A stretch of 64,000 bases of DNA from an uncultured bacterium. GTDB taxonomy: Bacteria; Patescibacteriota; Minisyncoccia; Phycocordibacterales; PALSA-1337. This document shows positions 1 to 8,147 of the stretch, one piece after another (within the stretch, counting starts at the first letter, position 1; each line of letters opens with the position of its first letter). The stretch is taken from positions 234,405-298,404 of the forward strand of contig OY969557.1 in NCBI GenBank assembly GCA_963701025.1. Direction: 5' to 3'. A program made the position numbers and the translations under genes. A model generated the notes under the pieces. It worked only from the letters and a program-made list of their open reading frames with translations, made no database searches and was not told where the DNA came from.

Positions 1-331
1 TGTAGGCTTCGATCTCGGTCGGCGTCGGGTCGCGGTTCTCCGGCGGGCGATCCTTGACGATGTTGGTGATATAGACTTGTTCGCGCTTGAGGCCGATGCC
101 TTCGATGAGCTCGGTCAGGAATTTTCCAGCCGCCCCGCAGAACGGCCGGCCCGTCTTGGCCTCATTCAGCCCCGGCGCTTCGCCCACGAACATGATCACG
201 GCGTCATGGCTGCCTTCCCCCACGACCGGATAATAACGATTGTTCGTCCGGTACTCGTAGAGCGGCGAAGCCGTGAAGGCGACCAGCTCGTCGCGGATGG
301 CTTTGAGGCGCTCGTGTTTGGACTGGTTCAT
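1..331 (-). CDS. Uracil-DNA glycosylase, family 4 (N-terminal part; gene runs off the left edge of the window)
   Basis: Reverse-strand translation starting at ATG (complement of 329-331) gives MNQSKHERLKAIRDELVAFTASPLYEYRTNNRYYPVVGEGSHDAVIMFVGEAPGLNEAKTGRPFCGAAGKFLTELIEGIGLKREQVYITNIVKDRPPENRDPT. The GEGxxxAxIMFVGEAPG ... PFxGxAG pattern is characteristic of family-4 UDGs. The partial gene was not listed in the ORF track because there is no stop inside the window. Confidence 0.8.
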   Translation of the reverse strand, partial: MNQSKHERLKAIRDELVAFTASPLYEYRTNNRYYPVVGEGSHDAVIMFVGEAPGLNEAKTGRPFCGAAGKFLTELIEGIGLKREQVYITNIVKDRPPENRDPTPTEIEAY

Positions 332-335
332 GCCT

Positions 336-824
336 TTATTTTATAAGCGCCAGATTCCCATTCAGGATGATCGGCTGCATGGCCAAAATCTCCTCTTTGT
401 AGCCTACACTCTCGTCGATCGGATGAAGTATGTAAATCGGCTTTCCGAGATGAAGGCCTATGCCCATTTCCATGAGCACCGCTCCGCCGATATATCCCGG
501 TTTGCCGTTCTTCTCATAATTCAGGACGAGGACGGCGTCGCCTTTTGCCACCTTATCGAAATGATGCTTCGTCAGGAAAGTTTTCCGCCCATAGGTATTG
601 GCATCTCCGAACCATGTTTTATAGGTCTCCACGCGGAAATCTCCCGTCCTCTCCATCTTTCCGGCAGTGAGCGGTGTTGATACTTTGAATCCCATCTTTT
701 TCAATGCGTTCCTGATCTCGAGAACCTGCTTGTAGAACGAGGCGCTCGAACAGATGACGATCGTCTTGACTTCCGCTCTACTCGATCTTTTTTTGCGGTC
801 TGATTTTTTCCGCGCGGTTCTCAT
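336..824 (-). CDS. Nucleoside 2-deoxyribosyltransferase-like (PF05014-like) protein, paralogue 1
   Basis: 162-aa ORF. Carries a flavodoxin-like N-terminus (IVICSSASF) and the C-terminal motif YIGGAVLMEMGIGLHLGKPIYIL. This matches the NDT catalytic-Glu region (D/GxGTxFExGxAxxxxKP). It sits 4 nt from the UDG gene. Confidence 0.55.
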   Translation of the reverse strand: MRTARKKSDRKKRSSRAEVKTIVICSSASFYKQVLEIRNALKKMGFKVSTPLTAGKMERTGDFRVETYKTWFGDANTYGRKTFLTKHHFDKVAKGDAVLVLNYEKNGKPGYIGGAVLMEMGIGLHLGKPIYILHPIDESVGYKEEILAMQPIILNGNLALIK

Positions 825-1258
825 ATGTATTTCTTTATATTTTTCAGATCACCATGAAGACAAATCGGGTCCATGGATTCAATCTCATCAATGTATGAGG
901 AATCTTTCGGAAGGTCATATAGGAGGAACATTTTTTTATTGTTCACATATGATTGGCCCATTTCTATCAAAACATTACCGCCGACATAATTCTTTTTGCC
1001 ATTCTTCTCGGCATTTACGAAAAGGATAACGTCGCTTTCGAGTATGTGTTGATAATGGACCTTGAGATAATTATTCTCGCGCTTGACGGCAGCATGCTCT
1101 CCATTAAACGCCCGCTTGACTATATCCAATTTCTCTCCTCGAACGAAAGCTTCATAATCTGGATGTATCCAGCCACCATATCCGAGCTGACGGAGCTTTT
1201 CAGAACAAGCTACCATCTCTTTCATAAAGTGGCTACTGCCAAGAACGTATATTTTCAT
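821..1258 (-). CDS. Nucleoside 2-deoxyribosyltransferase-like protein, paralogue 2 (tandem duplicate)
   Basis: 145-aa ORF starting MKIYVLGSS. The motif YVGGNVLIEMGQSYVNNKKMFLLYDL matches the same NDT-like pattern as the neighbour. It overlaps the upstream paralogue by 4 nt. Confidence 0.55.
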   Translation of the reverse strand: MKIYVLGSSHFMKEMVACSEKLRQLGYGGWIHPDYEAFVRGEKLDIVKRAFNGEHAAVKRENNYLKVHYQHILESDVILFVNAEKNGKKNYVGGNVLIEMGQSYVNNKKMFLLYDLPKDSSYIDEIESMDPICLHGDLKNIKKYI

Positions 1259-1298
1259 GGCTATTTCTTGATTAAAGTCTTCATATGTCTAAACAATT

Positions 1299-1535
1299 CT
1301 AGAAATTCCGGTGAATATACCATGGAAATGAATCTCTCTTTGTCGTCAAATCATGCCGAGCTTTCTTTTCGGCTACCGTCACATATTTCTGTTGCACATA
1401 GTTAAGATCAGAAGTCTTTCCTTCAGCAAGATCATGGAGCATGCACATCTTTATGACTTTTAGGACATCCACTCCTTTTTCCATGGAAGCCAGTGTATAG
1501 CCGATGATCGTCACACGATTGATGTGTTCTGCCAC
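1299..1535 (-). pseudogene. HD-domain phosphohydrolase (YfbR/5'-deoxynucleotidase-like) N-terminal fragment; truncated after 78 aa
   Basis: The sequence AEH...VLKVIKMCMLHDLAEGKTSDL matches the H...HD...E...D metal-binding motifs of YfbR-type HD hydrolases. The ORF stops after 78 aa, with only about 40 nt before the next gene. Full-length homologues are about 190 aa. Confidence 0.45.
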
Positions 1536-1675
1536 CGTTTGATTACCTGTACCAAGAAAATGAAAACCACTACAGGGGTTTTAGCCAAAACACCGCCTTC
1601 GTAGAGAAAATTCGCGATATTTTTTAGATCCCCATCTTTTTTTTTGACTTTAGCCATATTATATAGATTATATCA

Positions 1676-2521
1676 TCACTTCGCCTGCTCGATGATCATC
1701 TGCGCTTCGGTAAGAGCCCGCTCCTTGGCTTCGCCTTTGACGCCGATCTGGTCGAGGATGGTCGGATTGCCGATGATGTCGAGACAGACCATTGTTTCTC
1801 GGCCGATGAGATCTTTCTTCTGGTCGCGCGTGAGTGAAGCCATGGTCGTTATGGGGTGCAAGCCGTTCTGCTCGATGACATCGTGAAGATTGCCCTTGGT
1901 CGGATAGTTCCAACCGACCAGTTTGAGACCTTTGCATTCGCCATATTTGATCGCCTGATCGCTGAACTTGGTATTGGTCACCAGCCAGAACTCGTCGATC
2001 TTCCGCTTGACGCCGTTGTAGTCATACATGATGCCGCCCACGTCTTCCCTGCGAGCCTGGATATAAAGAGTCACTTTGCTGTCTGATTTCAAACCGAACT
2101 CATTGTGATATTTCGCCTCGACGAAGACGAGCTTGTCTTTCTTCCACGCCACCACGTCTATCTCATGCGGTATGCACGAACCCATGACTGTCTGGTCGGT
2201 CTTGGCCTCGAATCCCCAGAAGCGGAATATACGCGCCACGAAACGCTCGAATGGAAAACCGTCCGGCCCAAGTTCCATGATGGCCCGACGGATGGAATAT
2301 TTAACGGCTGTCGGGTGATGATGCCTTTTCAGAAGATCGAACGCGCGATGGTATATATCCGTCGTGGTCATGCCATCTTTCATGTCGCGTTCGACTTCAG
2401 TTGTGATCTCGCTTATGACCGTAGTCGGAGCGCCGACTTTTCGCAATGAAGCCTTGAGCTTATCTTCTTGGAACGGCTCACGCGTGCCGTCTGATTTGGT
2501 GATGATGAGCGAGCTGTTCAT
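1676..2521 (-). CDS. ATP-cone domain protein fused to an Mrr-like (PD-(D/E)xK) restriction-endonuclease domain
   Basis: The N-terminus IITKSDGTREPFQEDKLKASLRKVGAP resembles an NrdR-type ATP-cone. The C-terminal half has a G..FE...IDVVAWKKDKLVFVEAKYH core resembling Mrr_cat (D...D/E-x-K). Confidence 0.55.
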   Translation of the reverse strand: MNSSLIITKSDGTREPFQEDKLKASLRKVGAPTTVISEITTEVERDMKDGMTTTDIYHRAFDLLKRHHHPTAVKYSIRRAIMELGPDGFPFERFVARIFRFWGFEAKTDQTVMGSCIPHEIDVVAWKKDKLVFVEAKYHNEFGLKSDSKVTLYIQARREDVGGIMYDYNGVKRKIDEFWLVTNTKFSDQAIKYGECKGLKLVGWNYPTKGNLHDVIEQNGLHPITTMASLTRDQKKDLIGRETMVCLDIIGNPTILDQIGVKGEAKERALTEAQMIIEQAK

Positions 2522-2555
2522 GGGATAAATTGTAGCACAAAAAGAACCAAACTTT

Positions 2556-3677
2556 TTACTCGATCACACCGCCACCTAAGCATTCTTCCCCATTGTATAT
2601 AACCAATGATTGGCCCGGAGTTAGTGTGTCTTGTGACTGATCGAATTCAATCGTCACTTGAATACTTTCTTCTCGATTGCCTCCGGTAGACACTCCTTTA
2701 ATAGACACCACTTTAGTTGACTGAAGTGCCTGCCGATAACGGCTCCTCGCCTGGAGCGGCCGACCGATTTCCGGTACACCGGATATCCAATTAACTCTCG
2801 AAATGCGCACTGTCTTCACAGCACCAGCAAGAATACCGCGAGAATCTTTATTCGACACTGTTACCGTATTTGCTCCCATATTTTTGGCGACGACATAATA
2901 CGCTTTATCTCCCGGCGTCTTATGAGCCTGGTCGATCTCAAAGCCGTGCCGTTCGCCTATGGTAAAGAAAAGCGTGCCGGGATGCGTACCGACGATGGCA
3001 CCTGCGTCATCCAAAACCTTACCTAGCTTGGCTGCCGGATTCCCTTCCGTATAGTGCGCCAGGAATTCCTTCACATCGACTTTGCCGATGAAGCAGAGGC
3101 CTTGACTGTCTTTCTTATCAGCATTCGGCAGTTTGAACTTCTGCGCCAACGCGCGTACCTCCGGCTTTGTCAGATCGCCGACGGGAAACATGACATGAGC
3201 AAGATCGTCCTGGGTCAAAGTCCAAAGAAAATATGACTGGTCTTTATTGTCATCCACGCCCTTGAAAAGCCTCCATACTCCTTTCTCCCTGCTTCTTGTT
3301 TCTTTGACCCGCGCATAATGCCCCGTGGCTATGCAGTCCGCGCCGCTCTCCTTCGCCCATTCCCCAAAAGCCCCGAACTTCACTTCCCTGTTGCACATGA
3401 CGTCGGGATTGGGCGTCCGGCCGGCGGCGTATTCGGCTATCATGTAGTCGATGACGCCTTCTTTATATTCCTTCTCGAGGTCGAGTGTGACGAACGGGAT
3501 ATCGAGATGGGCGGCCGCGCGCATGGCCTCGATCCGCTCTTCGCGCCAATTGCATTCTATCCAATCTGGCTGCCAGACCTTGATGAAAACACCGGTCACG
3601 TCATGGCCGGCGTGCTTCAAAACAGCCGCAGAGACCGATGAGTCCACACCTCCTGACATGCCGACGAAGATTTTCAT
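2556..3677 (-). CDS. mnmA: tRNA-specific 2-thiouridylase MnmA
   Basis: Starts MKIFVGMSGGVDSSVSAAVL with the SGGxDS PP-loop. Full-length conservation, 373 aa. Confidence 0.9.
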   Translation of the reverse strand: MKIFVGMSGGVDSSVSAAVLKHAGHDVTGVFIKVWQPDWIECNWREERIEAMRAAAHLDIPFVTLDLEKEYKEGVIDYMIAEYAAGRTPNPDVMCNREVKFGAFGEWAKESGADCIATGHYARVKETRSREKGVWRLFKGVDDNKDQSYFLWTLTQDDLAHVMFPVGDLTKPEVRALAQKFKLPNADKKDSQGLCFIGKVDVKEFLAHYTEGNPAAKLGKVLDDAGAIVGTHPGTLFFTIGERHGFEIDQAHKTPGDKAYYVVAKNMGANTVTVSNKDSRGILAGAVKTVRISRVNWISGVPEIGRPLQARSRYRQALQSTKVVSIKGVSTGGNREESIQVTIEFDQSQDTLTPGQSLVIYNGEECLGGGVIE

Positions 3678-3713
3678 TGCCTTTTAATCCAGATGTCTTA
3701 ATTTCCGGATATT

Positions 3714-4703
3714 CTAATTCAAATATTTAGCGATATTGGCGTTATGTCCGTCCAATGTCGCGGCATAATGCATGACGCCGTCCTTGTCGGATATATAAAA
3801 CCAATAGGGCGTCGCCGTCGGCGTGACAGTGTCGATGATTGCATCGAGACCGGGATCGTCTATCGGTGTTGGCGGCAGACCGACGCGCCTATAGGTATCT
3901 GGTGCCGGATCGACCTCGAGCGGTATGCCGGCGGCGAGGCGCTTCCAGAGAATACCGGCGATGACCCGCCGATCGGCGGTCGAAGTGGCTTCTTTTTCAA
4001 CGATGGAAGCCATAGTGATGATATCAGCGCGCGATATGATATCAGTGCGAGAAATGGTGCTGGTTCGCTGGCCTCCAATACTCGACGAGGTCATACTCGA
4101 CGAAGCAATGAAAGCGTCGATAGGCGCGGCGATGCCGGCGATACGCTCGTCGAAATCTGCGCGCATCTCGTCTATAGCCTGTTGCGGAGTCGTATCCATG
4201 TAGAAGAAATAAGTGTCGGGAAATAGATACCCTTCATCCGCTTTGGCCAGCGAAAGGAAAGTCGTCGAAGCGAAGCCGGAGATGTTAGCGCTCATGATCC
4301 TGGTTATGTCTCTCGAATCGGAGCCTTCCGGTACGGTGACTTTGATCTTCGACAAACCCTCGATGCCGTAAGCAGTGCGGTAGGCCACGCGGAGAGCCGA
4401 TTGAGGCGCGTCGAAGAGATACTCGCCGGCTTGGATGCGGTGGTCTGACCGCGCAAGAACGACATAGGCTTTATACATGAATGCCGACTTGATGATGCCT
4501 TGCGCGGCCAGTTCGTCGGCGATACCTGATAGGCTCGAGTTTTTCGGTATGGAAATGATCGCGCCAGCGGGAAAACCTGCCGGCGGGAGCGAACCAGCGA
4601 GGACGATGCTTGCGCAACCGACGACAAGTATCATCAACGGGATTATGAAGCGTCGAATTCTCACACTTTTCCTATTCGTGTTATCCGTATCATTTGCATC
4701 CAT
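3714..4703 (-). CDS. mltG: Endolytic murein transglycosylase MltG (YceG-like)
   Basis: N-terminal TM helix. The C-terminal sequence YWFYISDKDGVMHYAATLDGHNANIAKYL is typical of the YceG family. Confidence 0.75.
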   Translation of the reverse strand: MDANDTDNTNRKSVRIRRFIIPLMILVVGCASIVLAGSLPPAGFPAGAIISIPKNSSLSGIADELAAQGIIKSAFMYKAYVVLARSDHRIQAGEYLFDAPQSALRVAYRTAYGIEGLSKIKVTVPEGSDSRDITRIMSANISGFASTTFLSLAKADEGYLFPDTYFFYMDTTPQQAIDEMRADFDERIAGIAAPIDAFIASSSMTSSSIGGQRTSTISRTDIISRADIITMASIVEKEATSTADRRVIAGILWKRLAAGIPLEVDPAPDTYRRVGLPPTPIDDPGLDAIIDTVTPTATPYWFYISDKDGVMHYAATLDGHNANIAKYLN

Positions 4704-4731
4704 TCGTATATTCGTATTATATCTGTTCGTA

Positions 4732-5955
4732 TTACGTCGGCAGATTGGACGGCGCCTCGGCCTTCTTCGACGGCACGCGCGTCAGAGTCGGCGTGGCGGC
4801 CACGTTTCCTGGGAAATGAAAGATCGTAGCCAACTCTTCGGTGTTCAGAACGAACGGCTTATGGGAAAAGGGCGCGTAGAAATACGACCGGCGTTTGTAG
4901 GCCATGAGAGCCCTAACGGAATTATAATTCTTCCGCGCGTTGCTATAATCCTGCCACGGATAATCGAACTTCTCGTGCCATATCAGGCCGTTCGGCTTGA
5001 GTCCGTTTAAATGCTCGGTCGAGAACTGCTTCCAACAGCTGATCATGCCGCCCTTGCCGGTAGGATTGAAAAAGCCTTTTTCCGCCATGTATATACAGCG
5101 GATGCCGACGTCAAAGGCCTGTTTGGTTATGCTCCTCGCCAGGGCCGCCAAGAGATCCTTGTCCGCGTCGGAGAGCATGGGCATCTTCGAATAGCCGGTC
5201 TCTGGGTTCACTTCCGCCAGCTTGGTCTTGGCGTCGCGCATCATGATCTTGTTGATCAGGTCTTCCGCCTCGTCTTTCCAGGCGTCGGTCTTCTTCCACA
5301 GATGGCCATGTTTGCGCTGCTCTTTTTTGTGGGCGCGGATCATGATCTGTATCCAGGCCTGCTGATTCGGCCCGAGACTGCCCAGATATTCGAGCAGGGG
5401 CACGAGCGGATCGACTTTGAACTCCTCCTTCGGATCCTTGTCTAGGCCATAATCCATGTAGGTCTTTATAGGATAGGCGTCCTCCTTGGTCAGCTGGAGC
5501 TCAAAAGCTTCCAGTTCGAGCTTTGCCGGATCGAAGTGGACGCTCAAGGAATAATCTTCGCTCTCGTGTATCTCTATGCCGGGGAATTGAGCGTATAGGC
5601 TCGACTCGGTGAATATCCGGCTGCCCGCGCGCATCCAGATGTAGAATTTCACTTGGCCCTCGACTGATATCATCTCCAAAGAGAACCATACCCTCGTCTT
5701 GCCCAGCCAATATCTCGCGTACCACGTGCCTTCGCCGCTCGTCTGGTGGAGAGAGGTCAGGAATAGCTCCATGGCCAATGGCGACTTGAACATCTCCTTG
5801 GGCAGGCGTATCTCGAGTAGGACATACTTTTGAGCCATGAAAAATTTGGCCCGGATATAGCGCACCCACAGGTGCCAAAAGATATAGCCGAGGATGCAGA
5901 CCAGGACGACGGGCGACAGCAGGGCGAAATATTGTATTGCTCCCGACGGATACAT
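4732..5955 (-). CDS. Hypothetical membrane-anchored protein (N-terminal TM helix, about 360-aa cytoplasmic/extracytoplasmic domain)
   Basis: 407-aa ORF in a conserved operon context. The N-terminal hydrophobic segment is FALLSPVVLVCILGYIFWHLW. No family was recognised from memory. Confidence 0.5.
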   Translation of the reverse strand: MYPSGAIQYFALLSPVVLVCILGYIFWHLWVRYIRAKFFMAQKYVLLEIRLPKEMFKSPLAMELFLTSLHQTSGEGTWYARYWLGKTRVWFSLEMISVEGQVKFYIWMRAGSRIFTESSLYAQFPGIEIHESEDYSLSVHFDPAKLELEAFELQLTKEDAYPIKTYMDYGLDKDPKEEFKVDPLVPLLEYLGSLGPNQQAWIQIMIRAHKKEQRKHGHLWKKTDAWKDEAEDLINKIMMRDAKTKLAEVNPETGYSKMPMLSDADKDLLAALARSITKQAFDVGIRCIYMAEKGFFNPTGKGGMISCWKQFSTEHLNGLKPNGLIWHEKFDYPWQDYSNARKNYNSVRALMAYKRRSYFYAPFSHKPFVLNTEELATIFHFPGNVAATPTLTRVPSKKAEAPSNLPT

Positions 5956-5962
5956 GCGGAAA

Positions 5963-7000
5963 TTATACCACAGGGGTATATTTGCCGTCTTTGTCGTGCT
6001 TGAAATACTTTGGGTTCTGGAGATTGACGACGATGGTGTTCTCTTTGACGTAGCGCTCTTTGAGCACCTTGTCGACGATCTCTTCCTTGGTCAAAGGGCC
6101 GCTCTTCTCGAGGACGGCGCGGATGACGTCGCGGACGACGCCGGGGACATATCCCCATTCGGCCAGAGCGTAAAGGCCACGGCCTACCAGGACGAAGCGC
6201 TTGTCTTTGATGAGCTCGTTGTGGGTTGTGGCCACGTGGGCCTTCTTGTTGAACATGAGTGTGATCTGTTTGGCCACGTCGCGGAAATGAATGGGCGAGC
6301 CATGCTTGCGGATGACCAGAAAGGCGTAGTCGCGCACGCCTTTGGTCTTGATGTTGGACGAATGCGCCACGCCCCAGTCGCCGAGGGCGTTCTTGCCGAT
6401 CAGTTTCGAGAGGTTGAGCCAGCGCCTGACCACTTCCTGATTTTTATATTTCTCGGAGACGTCTTCGAGGTGCTGGAGGAACTTGTTGACCATCTCGGAT
6501 TCCGGCAGAAGGTCCTGGTTGTTCAAATTGGTGTAGAGCTTGCGCAGGGCGTCTTCCACCTTCTTGGCCAGCTCTTCGTTGACGTGGAGACGGCGTCGGA
6601 AGTCATCGTCTTCTTTGACTTTCTTGAACGGCTCGCCGATAACCAGAAGGAAATACATGTGGTTCTGCAGGCTCGCGTCTTTGGATATATGACCTAGGAA
6701 ATCGTCCTCCACCACGATGCCGCCCAGTGAATGCAGGAGCGTCTCCATTTCGGCGAAGACGGCTTTCTCCTGCTTGTATTCGTCCGACTTGCGGATGTTG
6801 CCGATGCCGTAGTTCTCGATCTGGCGCACGCGTTCACGGGTGATGCCGTATTTCTTGCCGATGGCGTCCAGAGTCATGCGCTTCACGTCCTTGCCCAATC
6901 CGTAGCGGAATATGAGCACTTCACGAGCGCGGTCCGGTAGCGACGACAGGAGCTTCTTGACGACGGTCTTGGGCTTGAAAGTGATGTGTGACGTGGCCAT
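5963..7000 (-). CDS. Sigma-70 region-4 (HTH) domain protein with extended C-terminal domain
   Basis: N-terminal LPDRAREVLIFRYGLGKDVKRMTLDAIGKKYGITRERVRQIE is a classic sigma70_r4 helix-turn-helix. The remaining roughly 270 aa were not recognised. Confidence 0.6.
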   Translation of the reverse strand: MATSHITFKPKTVVKKLLSSLPDRAREVLIFRYGLGKDVKRMTLDAIGKKYGITRERVRQIENYGIGNIRKSDEYKQEKAVFAEMETLLHSLGGIVVEDDFLGHISKDASLQNHMYFLLVIGEPFKKVKEDDDFRRRLHVNEELAKKVEDALRKLYTNLNNQDLLPESEMVNKFLQHLEDVSEKYKNQEVVRRWLNLSKLIGKNALGDWGVAHSSNIKTKGVRDYAFLVIRKHGSPIHFRDVAKQITLMFNKKAHVATTHNELIKDKRFVLVGRGLYALAEWGYVPGVVRDVIRAVLEKSGPLTKEEIVDKVLKERYVKENTIVVNLQNPKYFKHDKDGKYTPVV

Positions 7001-7081
7001 GAGAGTTGATTGATAATACCTTTATTTGGATATAGTGTCTACTGTTTTATCACCTATGGGAAAATAAGTCAAGGATGTGGT

Positions 7082-8145
7082 GGTAAATTCTAACCTGAAA
7101 CGCAACACCCCCGTGGTACTGTAGCGGTATACCATTACCAGCTAAATTACACACGAGGATGTCGCACAAACAATTTAACAGAGATACTAGAGTAGAGCTA
7201 GCGATACTTTTAAGTGCAAGAAAGAGCCAGACTGAATGCGCCAGGATACTTGGCATGCAGAGAAGCAATGTCTGTCTTGAAATCAGTCGAAACAAAGATC
7301 CTGATGGTATATATCGAGGTGGTCATGCGCACAAAAGATATCTGGCAAGAAGAAGACGTGTAAAAATACTAGAGAGAAAGATCGAAAACGACAGGAAACT
7401 ACGGCGTCACATCGTCCGCAAATTGAAGCGATTATGGTCACCCGAACAAATTGCAGGAAGACTGAAAATGATGACCGGAAGAACGATTGTATGTCACGAA
7501 ACGATCTACACTTTTGTGTACGAGAAAAGACCGGACCTTGTAAAGTATCTGCGGCATCAGAAGTGCAAGTACCGGAAGAAAAGAGGTTCAAAAGCCCGTA
7601 TGGAGCTTGCTAGAGCCATGAAAGTGAGAAGGATCGAGGAAAGACCAAAGGAAGTGGACGAACGCTCACGCCTCGGAGATTGGGAAGATGATACTGTCAT
7701 CGGCAAGGAAAGAGTTCAAAGGATCTGGAGCTGTGTTGAAAGAAAGAGCGGATACGCCATGGCCGAGAAACTTGAGGTGGTGAGCGCAGAGATCATCAAC
7801 AAAAAAGCAGTGTCTCGATTCGTAGCGTTGCCAAAATATTTACGAAGGACTCTAACCAGAGACAACGGAACTGAGGTCAGCGGATATGACAGTTTACTTG
7901 AAGAGAAAACCGGACTCGATGTATATCATGCGACCGCGTACCATTCGTGGGAGCGAGGGACAAATGAAAACTGGAATGGATTGCTCAGGCAATTCTTTCC
8001 TAAAGGCACTTACTTTGCTACCATTACCCCATACCAAGTTCAACGTGCAGTACGAATGTTGAATGACCGGCCGAGAAAGCGGCTGGGCTACAGAACACCA
8101 AGGGAGGTATTCAGAGGGTGTATTGATTCAGATTAGAACTTGAGG
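7082..8145 (+). mobile_element. IS30-family insertion sequence, copy A (1064 bp) with imperfect terminal inverted repeats of about 28 bp
   Basis: Identical over 1064 bp to 44928-45991 on the opposite strand; identity stops exactly at these coordinates. The left end GGTAAATTCTAACCTGAAACGCAACACC and the reverse complement of the right end CCTCAAGTTCTAATCTGAATCAATACACC form an imperfect IR. Confidence 0.85.
7159..8136 (+). CDS. IS30-family DDE transposase
   Basis: 325-aa ORF with an N-terminal HTH (ELAILLSARKSQTECARILGMQRSNV) and a C-terminal integrase-core DDE domain typical of IS30 transposases. Confidence 0.85.
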   Translation: MSHKQFNRDTRVELAILLSARKSQTECARILGMQRSNVCLEISRNKDPDGIYRGGHAHKRYLARRRRVKILERKIENDRKLRRHIVRKLKRLWSPEQIAGRLKMMTGRTIVCHETIYTFVYEKRPDLVKYLRHQKCKYRKKRGSKARMELARAMKVRRIEERPKEVDERSRLGDWEDDTVIGKERVQRIWSCVERKSGYAMAEKLEVVSAEIINKKAVSRFVALPKYLRRTLTRDNGTEVSGYDSLLEEKTGLDVYHATAYHSWERGTNENWNGLLRQFFPKGTYFATITPYQVQRAVRMLNDRPRKRLGYRTPREVFRGCIDSD

Positions 8146-8147
8146 GT

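Noticed and set aside
5894-6697. 267-aa plus-strand ORF
   Set aside because: Antisense to the sigma70_r4 protein gene. The acidic low-complexity sequence is typical of a reverse-frame artefact.
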